Origin: Planctomycetota bacterium
GTDB taxonomy: Bacteria; Planctomycetota; UBA8108; SXIK01
Assembly (NCBI GenBank): GCA_965223845.1
Contig: CBDCXR010000004.1
Coordinates: 5,824,001-5,888,000, forward strand
DNA length: 64,000 nt
Reading direction: 5' to 3'
In this document: positions 20,215 to 27,417 of the stretch, one piece after another
Layout: every line of letters starts with the position of its first letter
Position numbering within the stretch: the stretch's first letter is position 1
Notes under the pieces: generated by a model
Seen by the model: the letters and a program-made list of their open reading frames with translations, nothing else
The model's database searches: none
Told to the model about the DNA's origin: nothing
Translations under genes and position numbers: made by a program

Positions 20215-21753
20215 ATGAGGGCGTCTCCCCAACCGACCGGGCTCGCACACGTGGATCTCCAACAAGAACTCGCCGCACTTCTCGGCGCGGGCATCCCCCT
20301 CGTCCATCTCGTCACCTACGAAGAGGAGCGCGTCGTTCGCCTCCTCGAAGGGATCGAACGCGCCGAAGGGCTCGGTCTCGCGACCTGGGACGCGGCGGAC
20401 GGCTTCTCGGTCATTCGCGAAGGCCGGGAGCCGTTCCCCGTGAAGGACTGCACGTCCGACACCGTGCTCCCTCACCTAGCCGAGAAGATGCCGCCTGGCG
20501 GGATCGTCGTCCTGCGTGACTTTCATCACGCGTGGTCACAAAAGCGCGGCTACGTCACACGAAAGCTCCGGAACATGGCGCCGGAGCTCCGCGCGAAGTC
20601 GCAGTTTCTCTTTTTCACGTCGCCCGTCGCCGAGGTTCCCGTCGAGCTGAAGGACGATCTCGTCGTCGTCCACGTTCCGCTTCCGACGACGGACGAGCTC
20701 GATCTCCTCTTCGAGACGGTGACGGCGCGGCTTCCGCGGGACGTCCTCCCGGCGCCGCCCGTCCGCGCGAAGCTCATCGCTTCGGCACTCGGCCTCACGA
20801 CGAACCAAGCGCGTCTTGCGTTCTCGCGCGTTATGGCACGCTATGAGCGATTCGACGAGCGCGGGATCGAGGTCGTCACCTGGGCGAAGCGAGAAATCAT
20901 CCGCGAGAGCGGCGCGCTCGAGTTCTGGCCGATCAGCGATGCGGACACCCAAGTCGGCGGCCTCGACGTCCTCCGCGAGTGGCTGAAGAAGCGCGCGCTC
21001 GCGTACACCCCCGAGGCGCGCCGCGCGAAGGTGCCGTTTCCGCGAGGAGTTGTGCTCATAGGGATTCCCGGCACGGGAAAGAGCCTCACCGCAAAGCTCC
21101 TCTCTCAGCTTTGGCGCATGCCGCTCCTTCGCCTCGACGTCGGCGCGGTCTTCGGTGCGCTCGTCGGTGAATCGGAGAAGAACATGCGCCGGGCGATCGA
21201 GCTCGCCGAGACGGTGAGTCCGTGCATCCTCTGGATCGATGAGATGGAGAAGGCGTTCGCGGGATCGTCGACGGCGTCGGCGCACCTCTCGAGCGGCGTC
21301 GGAACGCGCGTCTTCGGGACGTTCCTCACCTGGATGCAGGAGCATCGCTCGCCCGTCTTCGTGCTCGCGACGGCAAACGAGATCGCGGGGCTGCCGCCCG
21401 AGCTCATCGGGCGGTTCGATCGGACGTTCTTCCTCGACTTGCCCACCGAGAGCGAGCGGCGGCAGGTGTTCGCCATTCATCTCAAGAAAGCGGGCGAAGC
21501 CTTCCCCGAGCGGCGATTCGACTTGGGCGCGCTCGCCCATCGAGCGGAGGGATTCGTCGGGCGCGAAATCGAGCGGGTCGTGCGCGAAGCGCAATTCACG
21601 GCACTCGCCGGCGGCAACCGGGAGATCGAGGAAGACGACCTCACGCAGGCGCTCGAGGAAGTGGTTCCGCTCAGTCGTTCTCACCGCGAGGTGATCGACG
21701 GACTCCGGCGCTGGGTGCGGGAAGGCCGGGCTTTCCCGGCTTCGGGGGCTTGA
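20215..21753 (+). CDS. Ycf46-type AAA+ ATPase (SpoVK/Ycf46/Vps4 group)
   Basis: N-terminal degenerate domain (VTYEEERV...LRDFH), VGGLDVLREWL, Walker A GIPGTGKS, Walker B ILWIDEMEK, ATAN...GRFD. Confidence 0.9.
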   Translation: MRASPQPTGLAHVDLQQELAALLGAGIPLVHLVTYEEERVVRLLEGIERAEGLGLATWDAADGFSVIREGREPFPVKDCTSDTVLPHLAEKMPPGGIVVLRDFHHAWSQKRGYVTRKLRNMAPELRAKSQFLFFTSPVAEVPVELKDDLVVVHVPLPTTDELDLLFETVTARLPRDVLPAPPVRAKLIASALGLTTNQARLAFSRVMARYERFDERGIEVVTWAKREIIRESGALEFWPISDADTQVGGLDVLREWLKKRALAYTPEARRAKVPFPRGVVLIGIPGTGKSLTAKLLSQLWRMPLLRLDVGAVFGALVGESEKNMRRAIELAETVSPCILWIDEMEKAFAGSSTASAHLSSGVGTRVFGTFLTWMQEHRSPVFVLATANEIAGLPPELIGRFDRTFFLDLPTESERRQVFAIHLKKAGEAFPERRFDLGALAHRAEGFVGREIERVVREAQFTALAGGNREIEEDDLTQALEEVVPLSRSHREVIDGLRRWVREGRAFPASGA

Positions 21754-21774
21754 GTCTTTTCTTGAGGTGAAGAT

Positions 21775-22089
21775 TTCACACGAAGAACGCGAAGTTTCGC
21801 GAAGGAAGACGAAGGAGGAGATATGAAGTTGGTGGGAGAATAAGTGGGGAGAGCGAGAATACATCCATCATCGGGATGGATCCGGGAGTACCGCAGAATA
21901 GTTGTCACGCGATCCCGTTCCCCCTCTCGGCGAAGAGAAAGCCAAGGACGAGGAGACTCGATTGCCGGGGAGAAAAAACGCGTTGCGTGCGAGTCGCGCA
22001 CGACCGACCCTCTTCTCCAATTTGCGTTTTTTCTCTTTCTCTCTTTCCCTTCGTCTTTCTTCGCGTCCCCTTCGCGCCCTTCGTGTGAA
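21775..22089. repeat. ~315-bp intergenic element bounded by imperfect inverted repeats of phased CGAAG units (MITE/REPIN-like)
   Basis: Left arm TTCACACGAAGAACGCGAAGTTTCGCGAAGGAAGACGAAGG (21775-21815). Right arm (~22048-22089) reverse-complements to TTCACACGAAGGGCGCGAAGGGGACGCGAAGAAAGACGAAGG. Internal perfect 12-bp IR at 21970-21981/22024-22035. Confidence 0.75.
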
Positions 22090-22102
22090 CCGCTTCCTCA
22101 GA

Positions 22103-22492
22103 ATGTCCCACTTCGTCAGAATCCGCACCCAGCTGAAAGAACGAGCCCCTCTCCTCACCGCGCTTCGAGACCTCGGATTCACGACGCGCGAAGGGGAGGC
22201 GATCGAGCTCCGCACTGACGGCCGGGAGGAAGCGGCCGCCGAGATCGTCGCCGCCACCGGCTGCGAGTACGAAATCGGCTTTCGGAAGGTCGGCGATACC
22301 TACGAAATGATCGCCGACTGGTACAACGTCGAGCGCCACACTCCGCATCGTCGGCAAGTGTTCATCGACGCGCTCCGGCAACGCTACGCCTATGCGATCG
22401 TTCGCGAGCAAGCGCGTGCGCAGAATCTCATCGTCGAAGAGGAGACGGATGCGAACGGCGACATCGTCATCGTTCTCTCCGAGCGCGGATAA
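22103..22492 (+). CDS. DUF1257 (Ycf35-like) domain protein
   Basis: MSHFVRIRTQLK...LLTALRDLG...EIGFRKVGDTYEMIADW...QRYAY...GDIVIVL. Confidence 0.85.
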   Translation: MSHFVRIRTQLKERAPLLTALRDLGFTTREGEAIELRTDGREEAAAEIVAATGCEYEIGFRKVGDTYEMIADWYNVERHTPHRRQVFIDALRQRYAYAIVREQARAQNLIVEEETDANGDIVIVLSERG

Positions 22493-22495
22493 GCG

Positions 22496-22693
22496 ATGAA
22501 GAAGATCCGAATCGTCCTCCGAAAGGATGGCTCGCAGTCGCTCGAGGTGATCGGCGCCGAAGGGGATGAGTGCATCGAGCTCACCGCTGAGCTTGAGCGT
22601 CGCCTCGGCTCGATCGATGGTGTGCGCGAGCTGAAGCCGGAGTTCGACGCGGAGACGACCGGTACCGACGAGTCCGAGGTCGAGCACGAATGA
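22496..22693 (+). CDS. DUF2997 domain protein
   Basis: IRIVLRKDGSQSLEVIGAEGDECIELTAELERRLG...KPEF; adjacent to DUF1257. Confidence 0.82.
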   Translation: MKKIRIVLRKDGSQSLEVIGAEGDECIELTAELERRLGSIDGVRELKPEFDAETTGTDESEVEHE

Positions 22694-23283
22694 TGCACGG
22701 CGGGGCTCGATCCACCGGCGATGCGGGCGTAAACGTGCGCGTTCACGCGGTCGAGCCGCGGAGTCGCGCGAACGGTCCGGGCATTCGCACCGCGATTTGG
22801 CTTCAGGGCTGCAGTCTCGGGTGCCCGGGCTGCTTCAACCCGGAGACGCACGAACCCCCGGGCGGGACGAGCTGGACGACCGCTCGGCTCAGCGAGTGGA
22901 TCATCGCTCAGAAGAATGCCGTGGAAGGCGTGACCTTTTCGGGTGGCGAGCCTCTCGAGCAGTCCGCCGCTCTCCTCGACATTCTCGAGCGCATCGACGG
23001 ACTCGGCCTCTCCGTCGTGCTCTTCAGCGGCTTTCGTCTGGCGGAGATCGTCGCTCTCCCGTTCGGCGCGCGGGTGCTCGAGCGGGTCGACGTGCTCGTC
23101 GCCGGACGCTACGACGTCCGCCGGCGTACGGCGCGCGGGCTCCTCGGCTCCGCGAACCAGACCGCGTATTTCCTCACGGACCGCTACTCACCGGCTGACC
23201 TCGAGCGCGTCCCCCGCCGCGAGTTGATCATCCGGCGTGACGGCACCGTGACGGCGAGCGGGATCGATCCGGTTCGTCTCTAG
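22690..23283 (+). CDS. NrdG/PflA-like radical SAM (4Fe-4S single cluster) protein
   Basis: SRANGPGIRTAIWLQGCSLGCPGCFNPETH (CxxxCxxC), GVTFSGGEP, DVLVAGRY, GSANQ. Confidence 0.88.
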   Translation: MMHGGARSTGDAGVNVRVHAVEPRSRANGPGIRTAIWLQGCSLGCPGCFNPETHEPPGGTSWTTARLSEWIIAQKNAVEGVTFSGGEPLEQSAALLDILERIDGLGLSVVLFSGFRLAEIVALPFGARVLERVDVLVAGRYDVRRRTARGLLGSANQTAYFLTDRYSPADLERVPRRELIIRRDGTVTASGIDPVRL

Positions 23284-23398
23284 ATCGTCCCGGTTCGCCG
23301 CGCCGAACGGACCCATCGCAGCGGCACCGACCGCGCCGACTCGAATCCCGGCTCGAAGTTGCGCGAGCACCTAGGCGGTGGCCGGAGTTTGAAGAACG

Positions 23399-25216
23399 CT
23401 ACTCGCTCTTCCGGATCAGCTCGATTTCGACTTCGTATTCGCCTCGAGGCAAGTTCGGAGAGAGTTCCGCCGTCTCGAAACCCTTCGCACTCACTTGCAG
23501 CCGGTGTTCCCCGGGCCCGAGGTGTGAGAAACGAAACTCTCCGCGCGCGTTCGTGACCGTTCGCCGGCGCGAGGAGGACGAGACCACCTCGTCGGTGTAC
23601 GTCCAGAGGAGTAAGACGTTTCCTCCTGCGAGCGGTTGACCGCTTTCGGTGACGGCCGTGCCGAAGAGCGTGCGTTCGCCGCGATCGACCACGAGAAAGA
23701 CTTCGCGGACTTGCTCCGCATCGAGATCGATGCCGCTGATCACCGTTGGTGGCGAAGGCGATTCGAACACGATCGAACCCGCGGGGACGCCGTCGACTTC
23801 GAAGCTGCCGTCCGTGCGCGCGACGAACGCTCTTCCCTGCTCGGCGGCCGCGTCACTGGTCGCGGTGAGCTTCACTTGGGGGACGGGATTCCCTTCGACA
23901 TCGATCACCCGGCCGACGAGGCGTCCGTAGCCGACCTCCTCGAGCGCGATCGGGAGCTCGACGTGGGGGGACGCGATCACGAAGTCGCGAGTAGTGAAGT
24001 CGCGAAACATTCGCCGGGGCTGCACCCAGACGTGGTAGTCCTCGGCGTACGGCACGGCCCGAAACTCGAACTCGCCGCGCACACCGGCGACCGCGCGCGC
24101 TTGGAAGCGTCGCGAGGATGATGCGATGCGAATCTGCTGACCGAACGCAGGCGCGCCCGTGGGCGTGACGATCGTGCCCGAAAGCGTGGCGGAGTTCCGC
24201 AGGACACGCAGCTCGGCGTGGAGAAAGAACCCCTGACTCACGGCTTCTGCGTCGAACGCGACGACGTGACTCTTCGGCTCGTACCCCTCGTGCTCGAAGC
24301 GGAGAGTCCGCTGTCGCGGGGCGTTCGCTGCAAACGCGAGCTCGAGCGAGTATCGGCCGGAGTCGTCGGTCTTCGAGGACTGCTTCGGTGATCCGAGTGC
24401 GCTGATCTCGACCCCCGCGAGCGGGAATCCGTCTTCGTCCTTCACGACGCCTTCGACGTGAATCCATTCGTTCTTTGCGACGACGATCGCGACACCTGAA
24501 TCACCCCCGCTCGTCAGGACGGAAGCGCTCGGATAAGACTTCGTCTCCACCGTACGGAGCTCGTACGGGCCATCGGCTAGGTTCGCGAATCTGAACGCGC
24601 CGCTCGAGTCGGTGACGACGGAAGGATCGTCGAGTTCGCGGAGTTCGTGCTCGAGCCCGAGGATCTGTCGTGCGGCGACGACGACCATGCGCTCGACCGG
24701 TTCGCCGGCGGGATCGAGGACCTGTCCGGTGATGGCGCGATCGAAAAGGGGCGCCGTGATCTCGAGGCGGCGGTACTCTCCGTCTTCGAGCTCGATCCGA
24801 ATCGCCGACGTGAGTCGCGGCCGGTCGGAAGCGTCGACCGTGAGCGCGTAGCTCCCCGCGGGGATGGGCGCCCAGTCGACGCGTCCGAGGCCGTCCGTGC
24901 GGGCGGGACGATTTCGCCGCCCGTCCATGAGCGTGACGCGCGCCCCCGCCACGGCGGTTCCGTCCGGGGAGGTGAGAATGACTTCGATCGCGCCGCCCGT
25001 GCCGATCCCGGCGGACGCGACGGGGTCGCCGTCGCTATCCCCGTCGCGCGTGCGCGAACCGATCGCGGGGAGTGCTCTCCCGGAGCGGTGGCGTCCTCCT
25101 CCGACGGACGGACGATCGCGGTCGCTGTGCGCGTCGCCGGTCTTCTCTCCACCGAGCCAAATCGCCCCGACGACGGCGATGACGGCGACCGGCACAATCC
25201 AGTAAAACGGTCTCAA
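23399..25216 (-). CDS. Membrane-anchored protein with multiple carboxypeptidase-regulatory-like (beta-sandwich) repeats
   Basis: N-terminal TM, then repeated GxVxDxxGxPxxG...TDxxGxF units. Confidence 0.8.
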   Translation of the reverse strand: MRPFYWIVPVAVIAVVGAIWLGGEKTGDAHSDRDRPSVGGGRHRSGRALPAIGSRTRDGDSDGDPVASAGIGTGGAIEVILTSPDGTAVAGARVTLMDGRRNRPARTDGLGRVDWAPIPAGSYALTVDASDRPRLTSAIRIELEDGEYRRLEITAPLFDRAITGQVLDPAGEPVERMVVVAARQILGLEHELRELDDPSVVTDSSGAFRFANLADGPYELRTVETKSYPSASVLTSGGDSGVAIVVAKNEWIHVEGVVKDEDGFPLAGVEISALGSPKQSSKTDDSGRYSLELAFAANAPRQRTLRFEHEGYEPKSHVVAFDAEAVSQGFFLHAELRVLRNSATLSGTIVTPTGAPAFGQQIRIASSSRRFQARAVAGVRGEFEFRAVPYAEDYHVWVQPRRMFRDFTTRDFVIASPHVELPIALEEVGYGRLVGRVIDVEGNPVPQVKLTATSDAAAEQGRAFVARTDGSFEVDGVPAGSIVFESPSPPTVISGIDLDAEQVREVFLVVDRGERTLFGTAVTESGQPLAGGNVLLLWTYTDEVVSSSSRRRTVTNARGEFRFSHLGPGEHRLQVSAKGFETAELSPNLPRGEYEVEIELIRKSE

Positions 25217-25384
25217 GTTTCTCTCCGGATCTTCCGTTCATCGATCACCGGTCCTGCGGAGCGGATTCGCTCGGCTCCGGTCTCTTTCTCTATCGGCGTT
25301 CGGGTGGGACTAGAACGACTCTCGCGGTGGTCGAGACCCATTCGCCGCTCCCCGCCCGACCCCGAGTACTTTGGAGGTGCGATA

Positions 25385-25708
25385 ATGTTGCGCTTAGTTC
25401 TTTCGCTCGTTCTATTCGCGGCCATGGGGACCGCATCCGGTTGCGCGCTCCCGCAGCTTTCGCCCGTCTACGGTGGTCTCATCACGAACGAGGTGAAAGG
25501 CCCCGTCGGTGGAGTCGACAACAGCGTGAAGCCCGAGAAGACCGGTGTTGCGCAGGCTAAGTCCATCGTCTTCTTCGCCGACGGCGATGCGTCGATCACC
25601 GCGGCGATGGCGAACGGTGGGATCACGAAGGTGCATCACGTCGACAGCGAGGTGTTCAGCATTCTCGGGATCTACGCCGTTCATAAGACGATCGTCTACG
25701 GCGAGTGA
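25385..25708 (+). CDS. TRL-like family lipoprotein
   Basis: GGAGGT SD, signal ending TASG-C, GDASITAAMANGGITKVHHVD...KTIVYGE. Confidence 0.82.
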   Translation: MLRLVLSLVLFAAMGTASGCALPQLSPVYGGLITNEVKGPVGGVDNSVKPEKTGVAQAKSIVFFADGDASITAAMANGGITKVHHVDSEVFSILGIYAVHKTIVYGE

Positions 25709-25740
25709 GGAAGGCTGGGAAGGGACGACGCACTGAAGCG

Positions 25741-26238
25741 ATGAGCAGCGACCGAGTCAGCGTCCTCTTCGTGTGTATGGGGAACATCTGCCGCTCCCCG
25801 ATGGGGGAGGCGGCGATGCTGCGTGTCGTCGACGATGCCAAGCTCTCGGATCGCATCCTCGTGGACTCGGCCGGGACGATCAGCTTCCACGTCGGGAAGC
25901 CGCCCGACGCGCGCATGCGTCGCGCGGGCGCGAAGCGCGGCTATGAGTTTCGGAGCCGCGCGCGGCAGATCCACCGGCGCGACCTGCGGCGCTTCGATCT
26001 CATCGTTCCGATGGATCGGTCGAACCTCGAGGACATCCTCCTTCTCGATCCGTCGGCGAAGACGGGTCACATTCGTCTCTTGAGCAGCTTTCTCGGGGAC
26101 GGGTGGGATGTCGACGTGCCCGATCCCTACTACGGGGGCGATGCGGGGTTCGAGTACGTGATCGAGATGGTCGAGGCGGCTTGTCCGGCGATCCTCGCGG
26201 AGCTGCGGGTGAGGCTTGGCGGGGGTGGCACTTCCTAG
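25741..26238 (+). CDS. Low-molecular-weight protein-tyrosine phosphatase
   Basis: VLFVCMGNICRSP and DVPDPYYG. Confidence 0.93.
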   Translation: MSSDRVSVLFVCMGNICRSPMGEAAMLRVVDDAKLSDRILVDSAGTISFHVGKPPDARMRRAGAKRGYEFRSRARQIHRRDLRRFDLIVPMDRSNLEDILLLDPSAKTGHIRLLSSFLGDGWDVDVPDPYYGGDAGFEYVIEMVEAACPAILAELRVRLGGGGTS

Positions 26239-26265
26239 CGCCGGCGTGTGGCCGGAAGAAAGAGA

Positions 26266-26287
26266 TCACCACGAAGGGCACGAAGGA
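26266..26287 (+). repeat. Single CGAAG-phased repeat arm
   Basis: TCACCACGAAGGGCACGAAGGA, identical to 34983-35004, followed by a purine-rich tract. Confidence 0.7.
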
Positions 26288-26320
26288 AGAGCAAGATATT
26301 GAGGGAGAGAGGGAGAGGAT

Positions 26321-27232
26321 TTGGACGCGGCGCTTCGTGCTTCGATCGAAGCTTTGATTGCTGACGAGACCGGTTCTCGAGCGTCGATTGCTGGTGATCG
26401 CGCGGTGAGCGGAGGATGCATCAACGACGCGCGGGTTCTCGCGTTCGACGACGGGCGAAGGTTTTTCGTCAAGTCGAACCCGGCGCCGCTCGACGGCCTA
26501 TTCGAGCGAGAGGCGGAGGGGCTCGCCGCGCTTCGAGACGTAGGGGCGATTCGCGTGCCCGAGCCGATCGGAACGGGAGGCGAGCCGGGAACGGAGGTGC
26601 CGCCCTTCATCGTGATCGAGGCGGTCGAACCCGGGACCGCGAAGCCGAGTTTCCACGCATCGTTCGGTCGCGCCTTTGCCGAGCTTCACCGAAAGTCGGC
26701 CGAAGGCGCCGCTAGCGGCGGTCGCTTCGGCTTCGACCGCGACAACTACATCGGCGCGACGCCGCAGCCGAACTCGTGGTCACGAAATTGGTGCGAGTTT
26801 TGGCGAGACCATCGCCTCGGTTTCCAGCTCGAGCTCGCGCGAAAACTCGGCCGGAGCGACGCGACCCTCGCGCGCCTCGGCGATCGCCTTCTCGGTCGAC
26901 TCGACGCCTACCTCGCCGAGCCCGACGAACCGCCGACTTTGCTCCACGGCGATCTCTGGAGCGGGAACTATATGGTCGACGAGACCGGCGCTCCGGTTCT
27001 CATCGATCCCGCCGTCTACTACGGGCGTCGTGAAGCCGACATCGCGATGACGCGCCTCTTCGGCGGCTTCGGCACGGGGTTCTACGCCGCGTACGAGGAG
27101 GCCTGGCCCTTCGCCGATGGCGCGGGCGTGCGGATCGATCTGTACATGCTCTACCATGTGCTCAATCACCTGAACCTTTTCGGGTCGAGCTACTACGGCC
27201 AGTGCGTGGAGATCCTGCGGCGTTACGTGTGA
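26321..27232 (+). CDS. Fructosamine kinase family protein
   Basis: VSGGCIN, FFVKSN, GFDRDNYIGATPQPN, LLHGDLWSGN, IDPAVYYG, LNHLNLFG. Confidence 0.92.
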   Translation: MDAALRASIEALIADETGSRASIAGDRAVSGGCINDARVLAFDDGRRFFVKSNPAPLDGLFEREAEGLAALRDVGAIRVPEPIGTGGEPGTEVPPFIVIEAVEPGTAKPSFHASFGRAFAELHRKSAEGAASGGRFGFDRDNYIGATPQPNSWSRNWCEFWRDHRLGFQLELARKLGRSDATLARLGDRLLGRLDAYLAEPDEPPTLLHGDLWSGNYMVDETGAPVLIDPAVYYGRREADIAMTRLFGGFGTGFYAAYEEAWPFADGAGVRIDLYMLYHVLNHLNLFGSSYYGQCVEILRRYV

Positions 27233-27417
27233 GGGACGAGTCCTATAGATGGTCACTTCGCCCCCAAAGAGTGTGACCGTCCGTCTCCTCCTCGCGTTGA
27301 ATCGCTGCGGGGACCGTTCCGCCCGCGGTGTGGAACGCGCACAATGAGAGAGAGTCCGGGGCCGGTGGCTCGGACCGACCGAACCATACCTTCTCCTGGC
27401 AACGAATCGCATCCCTC

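Noticed and set aside
27251-27300. GGTCAC/GTGACC inverted repeat after the fructosamine kinase gene
   Set aside because: Short stem with no U-tract, so it cannot be distinguished from chance.
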